Positions 21,806-48,007 are shown, counted from the first letter of the stretch. The stretch: 63,855 nucleotides of DNA from Salpingoeca rosetta (GCA_033442325.1 JAWQFM010000001.1:2838882-2902736), one strand, 5' to 3'. The notes: a model not told the origin generated them from the sequence alone. Program-made: numbers and translations.

Positions 21806-22881
21806 ATCTGATCCACCTGCTGTTCTGAAATCCCCCCAGAAAGCCATTGCCAATAATTGCTTCCTTGCTTGCTCGCAACAATTTCACCTCAACCCTGTGC
21901 CTGCAAGCAACCAAGCGAGCAATGGCTGGCTGTTGATGAGTGCTTCTCGCCGCTGCCCTCACTCACCCGCACACCTTTACCCCTGCTGCTGCCACTCCTC
22001 GTGGTGCCCCTGTTGCTGGCTTGCTTGCTTTCAGGAGCACGAGCCCAAGGCGCGCCGCCGGTCGCAGTCGGAGCCACCAGCCATGCGCTGTACGGACGCG
22101 CTCGCAGCCATCCCCGAGGCAAGCGAGGAAGAGGAAGAGCGTGCGCAGAAGCAAGCAGAGGAGGAGGAGGAGGCCCGGCAACGGCAGCTGGGTGGACTCA
22201 ACCTTGCTGGTCACCGCGCTGGCGCGAGGGCCAACATGGGCATGGGTCCACACGGACGCCACCCCGGACCACCCGGCATCGGGCACCGCGGCGTTGGATC
22301 GGACACCAACCTGCTTCGACCAAACCCTGGTACTTATGCCGTCATCCTTTTGTGGTTTCATTGCTTGCACTGCACTGCATTTCTTGCTTGCAGGCAAGAT
22401 AGGCCCGTCGTTTTGCCTGATGCATGCACGCCCGTCTGTAGGTCATATGCCATGACATTGTGCGCACATTACCTGTCACTCGTCTCAATCTCACACCGAT
22501 TCTTTGCCGCCAACCGTGATGGATGGATTGACACACAAGACATGCGAGCGCGCAGCCAGTCGCTTGATTCCAAGTCTCGCCCGCGTGTCCGGCACCGCAG
22601 TCCCCTTGGTGGCACGTTCAACCCCATTGGCGCACCCGCCCCTGGTCGCCCGCGCTCCATCAGCCCGTCACCGCTTAAGCAATCCAGGTGCGGTTTTGTT
22701 ATTCGCGCAGGTGTTGAATATACGTGTGCGTGTGTGTGTGACATGTGTGTGTGTGTGGTGTGTGTTTGCGTATTGTGTGTGATGTGTGTTTGTGTATGGT
22801 GTGTGATGTGTGTGTGACATGTGTATGTGTATGGTGTGTGATGTGTGTGCGTGCATGTATGTGTGAGTGAATATATGTACA

Positions 22882-22976
<95 letters not shown>

Positions 22977-23525
22977 ATGTGCATCAAACAGGCGCGTTCC
23001 CTGGAGTTCTTGGTTCAGGTTCAAACAAAAAGAAGCCCACCACCACCACCAGCCTCATTGCTCACGCATGACGCATTCACACGCTCACTGTGTACCAACT
23101 CGTCATGCCCACACCTCCTTGCTTGTCACATCACCACGCTCTGCAGCCGGCTGAAGAATGCAGTGACGCTGCCCACGTCGCCTTCCTCGTCACCCAGCAA
23201 GCCCACATCCGCTGTGTCAACCAGTGGCCCTTGCAGCCCCGCCAGCAACCCGCACACCCGGCCCCGCGCCGCCACCACTGCCGGCCTGATTGGTCGCCCC
23301 TTGAGGCCTTCCCCTGCTGCAGCCGCGATGAAAGCCACGACCAAGACACCACCCCCGCCAACGCAGTCGCAAGCAGCGTCAACGCCAAAGTCACCGCTGC
23401 TGCTTGCCCTGAGCCGCAGCAACCCCACCACGCCCGGCACCCACGCTGGCGACGGCGACGGCAATGGTGATGGCGAGGGCACGCGAGCCGACGGTACCAG
23501 ATTTGAGTTTCCACGGCAGATGTAG
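20505..23525 (+). CDS. Disordered Ser/Pro/Arg-rich hypothetical protein with RxRxxS and 14-3-3-type motifs
   Basis: Proposed exons 20505-20506 (AT|), 20898-21624, 22035-22329, 22540-22687 and 23147-23525, all phase-compatible. Motifs RRRSQSEP, RARSQSLD and RPRSISP. The start is inferred. Confidence 0.55.
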
Positions 23526-24464
23526 TGGATGGGTCGATGGGAGTAAGGAAGAGTGGGGTGGCTCTTCGGAAGAGGAAACATCATGCAGCAGTGTCCTGTG
23601 CGTGCGTGTGCATGTGTATGTATGTGTGCGGGGATGCGCACGAAGAGGGATGTGTACTCAGTGTTTACATCGTGTGTTCGGTGTGTTGTGTTTTCGAGCG
23701 GTTCATCATCATTATGTCTGTCTTCACTTGTGTCTGTGCCAGTCTTTACCAGTGCCCTCTCCCTTGCGCTTCTGCGTCTCTGTGATACTGAAACGATTTA
23801 TTTACCGTCCTACCATCGAGTCCTTGTTCTTTCGTTGTTCTGTTGTTTGATAGCTTGATTGAATGCACGCTCACGCGCCAACAGACTTATTTCCTTACAT
23901 CTGTGTGAGCGTGAGCTATTCAGCTTTGTATGGTCACGAGTGATTTTAGTCAACATCACACCCTTCACCGCAATGCTGCAGCTGGTGGTGCTCGTGCCAC
24001 TTCCAAAGCTGTTGCTGCGTGGGACTGTGTACCCGTGGTGGTTTGTGTATGATGTTGTGTGTGTGTGTGCGTGTGTGTGCTGAGTGAATTATTTGCCGTT
24101 CTCGTTTTGCCACTTACGTGCCATGAATCGTACCTCCCTGCTCGTCCTCGTTTTTTCTCTCTCTCTGTCTCTTTCATATTGCGTCACATGCATGCATGGG
24201 TTGTGTACGTGTGTTTCCCTGTACTAAGTCGTGTTTGTCCTCGTTTAGTTGCGCGTCATTTCTTGCGTCGTACTCGTAGTTCTTTTCGTCTCACAAATGC
24301 CCGTCATTACAAATGACAGCCTGAATGCTGTGGAGCAATCACGCAGGCAGACAGACACCCACGCGCGCGCGCACTTGTAACCACCATTCCCTTTCTGTCG
24401 GTTTCTTGGACCGCACAGCAGTCCGGGCAACCTGGCGCCGTGCATTGTGCACCTGGGCGCGTGT

Positions 24465-28155
<3,691 letters not shown>

Positions 28156-28491
28156 CCTTCCCTGTTGCTTGCTTACTTGCTCGCTGTCCTCTTCCGCTTT
28201 TCTTGTCAACAAACAGCAATTCGCCAATTGCACCATCAGGTCGCATCATGCAATTGGCAAAACTCCCACATCATCCTCAGCGCGGCAGCACACAAACTGC
28301 GCACCTTCTGCACACACAAAGCAGCAACGGCGCACGTCGTTCGCCACAGCACCCCACGCCACAAGCAAGCAAAACAAGCAAGCAAGAGCGAGCCAGCGAG
28401 CTGCCGCCACAAGACAGACAGCATTAACACGAGGGTCTAGACAGCTGACGTTGGCAAAGTCACAGCTGTGTTGAAGAAGAAGAAGAGGGGC

Positions 28492-36602
<8,111 letters not shown>

Positions 36603-37313
36603 ACGTCTATGAACCATCAAGTGCGTCATGGGTGGGCGGTGGTTCGGGTTGATAGCTTCTCACAACAAAAAAGTAGGCTTCGATCCCAGTTGTGTGTGTG
36701 TGTGTGTGTGCATGTGTGTGTCGGTGTGTGTGTGCATATGTGTGTGTGTGTGTGTGTGTGTGTCGGTGATGAGAAACGGGGAAATAAAGTGTTGCCATGA
36801 GGGGCAAATAATCTGAGATTTACTACAGGCAGACGCGCTTTCTGACACACACACACACACAAGCAAGCAAACAAACAAACAAACAAACAAACACACACAC
36901 ACACACGCACGCACGCACGCACACACACACACAAGCAAACAAACAAACAAACAAACAAACAAACAAACAAACAAACAAAACAAACAAGCAAGCAAGACCA
37001 AGAGCCCGTGCAGAAACAAACAATGGGAAGCACAAAGGCAAATCATGACATTCAGCAAACACGAGAACACTTGGAAGAACAAAATGGCACAGGAATAAGC
37101 ATTGTCGTTGCCACCATCACTTTCGTTGCCATGCCAGAGGCAATTGTGGACCACATCTCCACCAAAGCCGTGTGACCCACACGACGAGACCATACGACAG
37201 CAACAATGTGGGGACCGAGAGAGGATCCCATCAGCACATGAGCGTGCAAACAAACCAGGACAGAGCGAGCCACACGTACACACAAGTACACACGTACACA
37301 AAGTACAGCACCC

Positions 37314-37679
37314 TCATGCCGCGCCCTCAATTTGTTTGACGAGATCCTCGCAAATGCTCGTGAGCTCGCGGTTGTCCGCATCCTGTCATGCAGACACACA
37401 CACACACACGCAGTGTGAGGACAACAAGCAAAGACAACAGGAAGTCGATGGTACGACGGACACAACAGGCCACACGTGCGACGCCACAACACATGTGCAT
37501 GGCCCGACCTTCGCTTCGAGCTGTCGCTTCAGTTGGCCAATCTCGACCTCCATCCGACGCATCTTCGCCGCCGACGCCGCCAGCTGCCCTTTGTTCTCCT
37601 CTCGCACACGCGCAATCTCAACATTCGCCCTGTTCGCCATGTTGCGGTTGCGCAGCGTGTGCATCAAGAGAGAGAGAGA

Positions 37680-37724
<45 letters not shown>

Positions 37725-39843
37725 TGTGTGTGTGTGTGTGTGTGTGTGAGTGTGTGTGTGTGTGTGATTGTGTTGTTTGTGTATCTTTTTTATTTTNNNN
37801 NNNNNNNNNNNNNNNNNNNNNNNNNNNNNNNNNNNNNNNNNNNNNNNNNNNNNNNNNNNNNNNNNNNNNNNNNNNNNNNNNNNNNNNNNNNNNNNNGCTT
37901 CAAGAGAGAGAGAGAGTGTGTGTGTGTGTATATTAAGAGAGAGAGAGAGAGAGAGAGAGTGTGTGTGAGAGAGAGAGAGAGATAGAGAGTTTGCGCAGGT
38001 GTGTGTGTGTGTGTGTGTGTTTGCACAGGTCACCATCTGCACGTGCAAGTTCAATAGCAACATGGCCACCCATCACTAGGACCACAGTCATCACACCGGA
38101 ACCAACATGACATGATAGCATTTCGCGTCGCCACTGCACTTACGCCTGAATGCGGTCCTCTGCGTGCTTCTTCAGCGTTTCGTAGCTCTGAATGTCAACA
38201 CCAAGCCGCGGGTGATACATAAGGCAATGTACAGCAGCTGCCACATCGCGCACTTCACTTACTCACCACACACCAACAAGCAAACGTCCATCATACACAA
38301 CACCATCGCCCCCTCTCCACATGTATGCTGCATGAAAAGATAGCTGTATTCAACCAAGTCGCGAGTGTGCACAACAGCTGTCGCCGTGCATGTGCTACAC
38401 ACCTGCTGAATGTTTGCGTATGCCTCCTGCGCCTCCGTGAGTGCTTGCCGCAACTTCTCCTCGTTCTCGCGCAAGTTGTCTGCAGATGCACGTATGTGCA
38501 TGTGTGTGTATGCGTGTCGATGTGAGAGAGAGTGTGTGTGTGTGTGTGTCGATGTGCAAGCTTGAGTGCGTGAGTTCATGGGGACGGATGGAACAATCAG
38601 ACAAGCAACGCGTGCATCGTGATAAAGTACCACCACGCCCTCACGCGCCATTCCACAAGACACACCTGCGATTTTCTTCTGGTTCTCGTATTTCCGGTGC
38701 AGATCACTAAATGCCGTCTCTGTGGACCGCAAGTCCTGCTCGAGTGTTTCCGCGCGCCGGCGCAGCTCCTGTTGCGAACAAGTGGAGAGAGCGTGGGTGT
38801 GTGGGTGTAAGAGAGAGAGAGTGTGTGTGTGAATGTGTGTATGTGTGTGTGTGCGTGTGAGTGAGTGAGAGAGTGTGTGTGAGTGAGTGAGTGAGAGTGC
38901 GTGAGTGAGTGAGTGTGAAGGAAAGAGAGACGGTGGAACATTGATCGAGGCAGAGATAGATGGGGAGATAGGGAGAGAAGAACAGGCAGGCACATGGTTG
39001 TGTGTGTGCACACGCGCACGCATGTGGGCTGCCTGCTCTTCAAGCCACTGACAACGACATTGGATTAAATCCCCCACCGAATCGCCTGACGCGGCGTTCT
39101 GCTTCTCGGCGACGAGTTGATTGAGTGTTCGCTCGTACTCCAGCACAACCTCACTGCGAAGCCGCAGTGGTTCAAGCAGTGCATGTGTGTGTGTGTGTGC
39201 ATGTGTGCATGTGTGTGTGTGCATGTGTTCATGTGTGTGTGTAAGATGGTTGTAGAGGTGAGTTGCTTCCCAAGGCCCCACATGTGAACAAACAACGGAA
39301 GCATTGTGAGCGACATATGTGCACACAACACATGTCCACACACAAGACGCGTGCACAGAGAACACATGTGCATTTATTGACGTGGTGCAAGAGCCGGCTT
39401 CACCTCATCTCCATATTGGACGCCTTTGCTTTCTTCAGCTGTTCCTGAAGATCCTCAATCTCCATCTGTAGAGGAAGAAATCAGTGTGTCGTGGGCATGT
39501 GCGTGTACGTGGGAGACTGTGAGTGCAGTGACACTGGTACCGTTGTTGTGGCCGTCATCAAGGCAAGGAGCACGTGTGCACATGCACGCGATCCCACGCG
39601 TACCTGTGCGAGGTTGAGATCCTCCTTGTATCGCTGCAGCAGCTCGTCATTCTGAGCTGACGCCTGATCACACACATACGCACGCAAACGCACACACACA
39701 CGCGCGCGCGCATGCACACATGGATGTGGAGTTAGTACGAGCACGGTGTGTCAGTGTTGTGAGAGGAGTGCACTCAGTGATGCACACCCATGCACACGCT
39801 TTCACAGACTGAAGCCCCTCTCCTTCTAACAAATGTCATGCAA

Positions 39844-39877
<34 letters not shown>

Positions 39878-41657
39878 ACAAACACACACCTGGGGCGCGT
39901 GTGTGGAAGCGGATCGCATGGCAGATGGCGGGGGCTTTGCCGGCGTTCCACTCGTCGCTATGGGAGACGAAGGAGTGGCCGTGGTCGTGGCGGGGACGCT
40001 GGTCGTGGTAGGAGTGGTGGTGGTTGTGGTGGATGACCCGCCTCCAAGGGACGTGCGAGGGGAGGAGCCACGTGAGAGCTGCGACAGCCGCTTCTTCGTC
40101 TCTTCAAGCGCACGCGCAGCGGGGGTGGTGGCTGACGACGATGACGATGATGTGGTGGCGACGGCGGTGGTGGTTGGCAATGGGGCTTTTGTGGTTGTCG
40201 TTGGTGTGCTCACCGTGTCCGCTGCGCGTGGTGTACCGACAGCGCTGCGAGGGAGCCCTGTCGACGTTGCGTGTGTTGTTGTCGTGGGTGTGGCCGTTGC
40301 TGGAGTGCGTGAGGACGATGGTGTGAACGACTGCCCGCTCGGTGTTGCTGGCTGCTGCCGTGTCGGTGTTCGCCCACTGTCACCTTGTGATGGCGACGAC
40401 GACGACGACGACGCGCCCTGCGAAGCGACATTGCCGCGGGTAGGTGTGGCGTTGGAGGATGCTGATTGCTTGTCGGGTGTGCCCGAGAGCAGGTCCCACT
40501 GCTGCTGGCTGTACCCCGAGCCGAGTTGCAGTTCGTGCTCGATTGCCTCGCGCTCCATACCGCCACCACTGGGCACAACCTCCCTCTGCATGCGGGCGCG
40601 GGCGCGGGCAAAGTCGGGTGTCTGCAAATCCAAGAGCTTCGACTGACAGTGAGGGTAGTGTGTGTGTGTGTGTGATTGAGGGCGTGAATGAGAGTGTGAG
40701 TAGGTGTTTGCACGTGAGCGTGGTTGAGAGTGAGTGAGTGAGTGAGTGAGACAACGTGTGTGTGTGTGTGTGTGTGTGTCCAGGAGAGGCAGTGTTCAAA
40801 CATGTGTTGTTTGTTGGGCAACAAGGCGAGGATGGAGCAACTTCAGGTGGAACAATTCTACCACGCAACACGCAAGTGCAGGTGCAGCACAATAAAATGC
40901 GCACACACGCACACAAACACACACACACGCACACAAACACACACACACAAACACACAAGCACACAAGCACACACACACACACACCGCAGGTTCACTGGCG
41001 GTCTGTTTCGGCGTCTGCGTCTCAGATCCAGGCTGCGATGAACGGGGTGGGCTATTGTGTTGTGCGTTGATTTGATTGGTGGAACGAACGGGCAAGGTGG
41101 CTGGCAGCATGAGTGGATGAGAAATTGCCCAACTCCACACCACAGCACAAGGGCGACCTTCACACGACATGTCATGTGACACAGCCCACCGCAAACACAC
41201 ACACAGCAGCCACATACGCACACAACAGCCACACACACACACGCACACATACACACACGTACACACACGCACACACGCACACACATGCACAGCAGCCACG
41301 CATGCTCATAATATACGTTGCAGAGACGAGGGGATCAAACTTCACGTAGAGGGACTGGCGAGCGAGGTCGGATGGGATGGAGCCTCCACGCGCTGCCATG
41401 TACGCGTCTGCAAGTGGCGTCGTGTTGTTTGTTTGTTGTTGGGCAGTGAGGCGGTTTGACTGTGAGCGTGTCCTGGAGGTGAGGCTGACGGGCATATGCG
41501 TGACCAGGTGTAATTGAGGAAGCGACGCGAGCTCATTCATCATGACGAGCCGTCCACTCACCGAGGTCACCCTGCGTCGTTGGCAGGTCCGCTGCTCCAA
41601 ACTCCTCTACATGCAGTGCAAAAAGTTGAGTTGGAGTGTGAACAGTGCCCAGAAGAA

Positions 41658-41741
<84 letters not shown>

Positions 41742-41896
41742 GCGGAGGCGAGGGTACAACGCACGCGGCATCGAGGACAGCAAAAACAAACCCCCCCCCC
41801 AATTGGCGACCATTATGGCAACAACCGGCAAACACCAACACACAGCAGTCAGCAACAAGGAAGCGATGGAGGGGCTGCCGTACCGTGGTCTGCCAT
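37314..41896 (-). CDS. TACC: TACC-family (transforming acidic coiled-coil) microtubule/spindle protein
   Basis: ARQSLYVKFDPLV motif at ~41325-41360, an S/T/P-rich linker, and a C-terminal TACC coiled coil: VVLEYERTLNQL / LEQDLRSTETAFSDLHRKYE / YETLKKHAEDRIQAANVEIARVR / NRELTSICEDLVKQIE. Confidence 0.88.
37797..37896. other. Assembly gap (100 N)
   Basis: N run inside a TACC intron; flanking exons remain phase-compatible. Confidence 0.99.
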
Positions 41897-42611
41897 GACT
41901 GCTCACTCGCTTGCTGGCTGGCTGTGGGTTCCCTGGCGGCGTCTTATTGGCAGTTGTGGTGGTTGACGTTGTGAAAATTTCGCGAATTTTGCCACTGGCA
42001 AGTGGGTAAAATTGAGCTGCGTGTGGTAAAATAGTGGACGCGAGGAGTGGTGGGAATTATTGCCAATCGTCGTTCGCTCACACGCAGAGGAAGAAGACAC
42101 ACAAACGACCGCACCAGAGCCACAGCAAAGAGAGCAAGACAACCCGCCAAAACAGAGAACAGAAGAACCACAGCAAGCAAGTGCAGCACGGTGAGTGGAA
42201 GCAATGCGTTGCCCGCCTTGCTCTGGCATCTGTGTCGGCGTGTGGCCTGCCTGCCTTGCTGCTGCTGGCCGCTGTTGCTTGTTGTTGCGATTGATGGTAG
42301 TTGGTGGTGTTGCGCTGCGCCCCCGTTGTGTCCCTTGTGTCGTTTTATGGCCTGCTTCCCTTCGTTTGCGTGTCCTGTGCACGTGTGTCGATGGCACGCA
42401 TGTACTGTTGTGTGTGAGCACACACTTGCACCCATGCACGTCGACATGGACATGTGGGCGACTACCATGCCTGTGCGATGCCCACCCTCGATTCGGGGTT
42501 AGATTGCGGAAGCCATCTCACGCGTGCGCCGCTCTCTGCTGCCCATCGGTGTGTGTTCGTTGTGGCCGTTCTCTTTTTGTTGGTGTTTTGCGCGTGGCTG
42601 TGAACATACAG

Positions 42612-44054
42612 ATGAGCGCCCACAAGGAGGACAACACCAAAGCAGAGGCCGTTGCAGACGACGCCACAGCTGCTACCGCCGTGACAGAGCCGGAAGAGTC
42701 GACGCCCGAGACACCAGCCCAGCAGCAGCAGGAGTCGGCCGAGAGCAAGACCGAAGAGAAGAAGGATGATGATGCGGTTGAACCCGCCAATGACGAAGAC
42801 GATGACGACGATGAGGAGGATGACGAAGAGGAAGAAGAGGAGGTTGATGAAGAAGCTGCACTCGCCCGTCTCCAACAGCGCATGGGTACGCCTGCGTGTT
42901 TCGGTGTATGTGTGTGCGTGTGTGTGTGTGTGTGCGTGTGTGTATGTGTGTGTAGCTTTGCGTTTGAGCACATGCCTGTGCACGGGTTCGTGGTCGTGAG
43001 CGAATGCACGTGCTTGTTTAGATGGATGTGCTGCAGAGCAGTGTGCCGTGTGTTGATGCCTGTTGCCTTCTTGGTGACCTTGTCGACCATGCCTGCGTGT
43101 GCTATTCCACAGGCGGCGAGACAGAGGCTGCGGCAGACGAGGATGCTGGCGCTGATGACAAAGAAGATGGTGTGAGCGATGCGGAGCCAGCAAGCAGCGG
43201 TGACGAAGACGATGATGAAGACGATGATGAGGATGAGGCGGCAAAGGCAGACAAGGAAAAGGAGGAGAAGGGCCGTCGCAAGGTATGAAGGTTCTTCCCA
43301 ACCTTTCCTGCTTGCCATCCTTCACCTCCAACTGACAGTGAACCTTGAAGCAACACATGCACGTACCACACCTGCCCCCCTCCCTCTTGCCATTTTGCTG
43401 TCCACCGCGCGTTGTTGCATTCGCTCATGTTGACCAACCACATGTATGTTCATGTTCATGTGTGTACGTATAATGATGTGGATGTATGTATGTATGTATG
43501 TGTGTATGTGTATGTATGTATGTATGTTACTGCGTACCCTGCTGCCCCATGTGAACCGCAATACCAGAAGGATCCCCAGGTCATCCCGCGTGGGCGGTAC
43601 TTCATGCACGACGACCGAACAGCGCCTGCACCGCGTGGTCGTGGTCGCGGCGGCGGCCGTGGTGGCCGCGGCGGCCGCGGTGGCCGAGGCGATGGGCGGG
43701 GCAAGCCGCAGCTCCACCCTGGCGCAGGAAAACACGAATCGGCGGGCCCACGTCATNNNNNNNNNNNNNNNNNNNNNNNNNNNNNNNNNNNNNNNNNNNN
43801 NNNNNNNNNNNNNNNNNNNNNNNNNNNNNNNNNNNNNNNNNNNNNNNNNNNNNNNNGTAGAGTATCTGAATACATCTATGGCCAAAACCCAAAACAATAC
43901 GAATCGTAGGAGCCCTATACATGTAGGCCCAGCCCTCCCGCTTTTTTTTTTTTTTTTTAGATGTGGTTTTATAAAACTCTCCAGAGAAGGGGACCCCGCC
44001 AGCGTGCCACCTTCCAAGCACCAGCAGGCACATGGTCTGCCATTGGGACACAAC

Positions 44055-44108
<54 letters not shown>

Positions 44109-44674
44109 TTGTTTTGTTGTTTTTCTCGTGGTGTTCCAACTTGCACGAGGTGGCCACGTGTTGTGCGGCGGTCATCATGCACGGCACAGATGTACGCTCA
44201 CGTAATGCCATGTACACTTATGCCCATACACATCTCTGACCACTGCCTGTTGTGCGTGCATGTGTGCGTGCAGGGACGGCAGCGGGGTCGCGGTGGGCGT
44301 CGGTCCGGTGGCGGCCGCAGAGACAGACAGCAGCAGCAAGAAGAGGATGAGGGCAGCCAGCCGCAGGCCAAGCAGGCACCTCCAGCCTCAACCAACCAGC
44401 CCCGCCAGCACATTACCCTCTCCTCCAAACCCCAGCCAAAGCAGCAGCAGCAGCAGCAGGGTAAGCCGTCGACACAGCCGCCAGCATCGCAGCCGCGCGG
44501 CCCCAGTGTACAGACGGCGCCGCCAGCCTCTGCTGCCCAGCCCGTCATGCCCACGGGCATCAGCTACGCTGCGCGCGTGCGGGCCATGCGTGGACGAGGT
44601 GGCGCCCACACTGCTGGTCGCGGCGGCCGTGGCGGTGGTCGTGGCGGGCACCACCAGCGCCCATACCCACACCC

Positions 44675-44707
<33 letters not shown>

Positions 44708-47081
44708 CATGCAAGCACGGCCCGTGCACGCTGCTGGTGGTGGTGTTCGCGGCGGGAAATGGGGCGCACCGCCGGTCGGGCGTCTTCCACCGCCAGGAAT
44801 TACCGGTAAGAGCAGCAATGGGGGGAGAGGGGAGAGCACGTTGTGTTTTGAAGCTGTTGATGTTATTGAAGGTGGTGTTGAAGGTGGTCCTGGTGTAGTT
44901 TTGGTTTTTGTGATGTTGCGTGGTGCAGGTGTCACTGCATTCGCAAACGCACACGACTGCACCGCATCACACACACACACGCACGCACACGCACACGCAC
45001 ACGTACACACGGCTACACTGCATCTCACACGTTGTGTTGTGTGCCGGGGCACTTCTCTTGTGATGTGACAGCGGAGACACCGGCGCAGCAGCAGCTTGAG
45101 CAGGAGATGACAAACGCAATGGCCAAGTCAGTTTGGTTGTGCCTTTTTGTGGCTGTCCTGCCTGTTGTTCCGCAGGCGGCGAGAGACAATTTCTGTCATT
45201 GAGCACAACAGCCTCGTGTGGCATTGTGGTTGCGTATTTGCGAACCGTGCACGACCAGCTACTCACCCCCCTTGTCACATTTGCTGGCATTGGCATTGTG
45301 CACCGCAGTGTGTCGGTTCAGGAAGGTGCCGCCCAAACGATGCAACCACAGCAGCAGCAACCACAGCAGCAGCAGCAACAGCAGCAGCAGCAACAGCAGC
45401 AACAGCAACAACTGGCAAGCAACGCTGCTCCGCAACAGCAGGTGTGAGCTTGGTACCACTGTGTGCTGTGGGCAGCGCTGTTATCGTACAGCTTTTGTAG
45501 TTTGACTCACGCTTTCCACCACGTTGTACTCGTGCATGTGTGTGTGTGTGCGTGTGTTTATATGCGTTTGTTTGGAATTTTGCAGGCGTCCACCACGACC
45601 ACATCTGCTCGCCTCACTGCAAAGCGATTTGTCGGCGATGATGGTGCGTATTTGCTGCTTTCACGGTGCACATGCGCGTGGTGGGTTGAAGCGCACATTC
45701 AGAGGTTGGCACGACTGTGCAACAAATGCATGGTCAGGAACTTGGCATGCAATCTCCATCACACCTCACAATGACATCGTGCGCACTCCACCACTTGAAA
45801 TGGACACACTCACACACACACTCACACTCACACTCACACTCACACTCACACTCACACTCACGCACGATCACGGTTGCAACACGCCAGGCGTTCCCACATC
45901 TCGCGTGCGCTTGACGCTATCGTCCTCGTCGCAGTCTGCCGTGAGCAACGGTCCCCCACCACAACAACAAACACAGCCGCAGCAGCAACAACAACAGCAG
46001 CAGCAGCAGCAGCCGGTGCCCCTGCACCTGCGCAGCCGGCGCTGAAGGAGGGGGAGTCAAACCTCCCGCAGTTGCTCAAGGCCCTTCAACATACACACCC
46101 ACCCAACCACAACAACAGACACCACAGCAGCACCAGGTACCACAGCAGCAGATACCACAGCAGCAGCAGCCACAGCGTCTGTTCCAGGCGTCATCGGCGT
46201 CAACAGCGGCTGAGAGCGCTGATGCTGCGATCAAGGAAGTGCAGCAGGTTGCAGTCGACATGCCCGCACAGTTTATCCACTCACAGCCCTTCCATCCCAT
46301 GCAGGTACGCTTGGTTGTCGTTGATGCTCTTGTCCTTGATCTTGCTCTTGTTGTAGTTCTTGTTCTTGTTGTTGTTGTTGTTCTTGTTGTTCTTGTTCTT
46401 ATTGTTGAGAATGGCATCAGTGACGTGCACTCACTGCTGCTTCAATGTTCTGTCACGCTGTGTTTGCAGAGCCAACAACCGCCACAACAGCCACAACAAC
46501 AACAACAGCCGCAGCAGCAGCAACAGCAGCAGCAGCCCATGCCCATGATGGTGCCTGTAACGACCGCTCCTCCAATGCAAATGGGTGCGTGCAGCATACA
46601 TACACATGTTCGCTGTGTCTGTGTGCGTCTAATTCGTGATGCATGGATACATGCGCATGCTTGTCGCCACGCAATCTCACCCTGTGTATACCTCAATCAA
46701 TGTTCCTTCATCAAACAGCGTACGCAGAAGGTTATGCACCGTATCCTCAACGTAAGCGCCCCCCCCCCCCCCGACATGACATATTCCATGCTCGCGGCTT
46801 GCTCTCTGGCCTAACAGCCCCACACCCACACCCACAGAATAATCTTGTGTTCACCTTTGTGTTCACTCACCTGTATGCACGCATGCCCGCATCACACCAC
46901 GTGCCTTTCTTTGACAAACAGCGATGGTTGCGCAGCCTTCCATGCAAGCGCAACCGTTTTTCCCACAACAGATGCAGGTGTGCTTGTGGTTCACGCCTTT
47001 TTGTTTGAAGCCAAGCATGTGTACCCGCTTTGTTTTGGTCTTGTGTACCCGCTGTGCTTTGTTCGTGTGCGGTCCATGTGT

Positions 47082-47125
<44 letters not shown>

Positions 47126-47584
47126 CTGTGTGTGCACATGGCTAATTTCACGGCTGTACACACCGCTGTGTGCGCGCGGCCACCCTTGTACGTGTACTCA
47201 CGTGCGCCCACCTGTTTGGATGCGCTGGATGGTGCAGTACATGCCTGGACATGTACCGTTCTTTCAGGAACAGATGGTTCCATATCCCAACGCCATGTTC
47301 GATCCACAAACGGGCGCATATGTTATGGTCAGTCCCTTCCACAACACGCCCTCATGCTGAACAAATAGCACACGCGCACACGCGCACCCGAAATGCGTGC
47401 ACATGAGTACCTGCACAGCTGCGCACAGGCAAATTGTTGCGTTCTCACATGCTTGTGCATGCGTACACTGTGCCTTGCCTTGGTCCACGTGCTTGCGCAG
47501 CCCTCGAATCAGCCAATGCCCCCGTACCAAACAACGATGAGTGGCATGCCTCCCTCAACCTCCTCGGCTCCGTATTATGGCTGA
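42612..47584 (+). CDS. CASC3: CASC3/Barentsz(MLN51)-like exon-junction-complex protein (Btz motif, RGG, polyQ, Pro/Met-rich tail)
   Basis: Acidic N-terminus. DPQVIPRGRYFMHDDR (43571-43618) resembles the Btz/SELOR consensus NP.YIPR.G.FF.HD.R. RGG boxes and Q/P-rich exons follow, ending in ...SAPYYG* at 47584. The second Btz half probably lies in the gap. Confidence 0.65.
43757..43856. other. Assembly gap (100 N)
   Basis: N run interrupting the CASC3-like gene. Confidence 0.99.
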
Positions 47585-47942
47585 AGCATACACACCCTTT
47601 GGCATTTTTGTATGTGTGTGTGTGTTTGTGCGGATTTCGTTTTGTTTTCTGTCCAAGATGAGCCTTGTGTCTTGTGGCGTGCCTTGTTTTGCCATGTGAC
47701 CTGCGGTGGGTTTCGTCCGAGCCCTTTCCCCAGGCGCTTGTCGTTTGTTGTCTCGCCGTGTCATTATCGCTACTCCTGCTGTTTTTGCGGCTGTTGTGTC
47801 GTCTCTTTCTGTCCTTTATTCTCCTTTCCGCTTTGATTTGTTTGATATCGGTAGGCTTTCTCCGTCACCCCCCCCCCCCTTCGCTTGGTGTGGTCTGTTG
47901 TGTCACAGGGTGTTGCTTCTCTCGTGTGCGCGCGTGCAATCG

Positions 47943-48007
<65 letters not shown>

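Noticed and set aside
43857-44050. Compositionally odd AT-rich segment after a gap
   Set aside because: Probably low-quality read-end sequence next to the N run.
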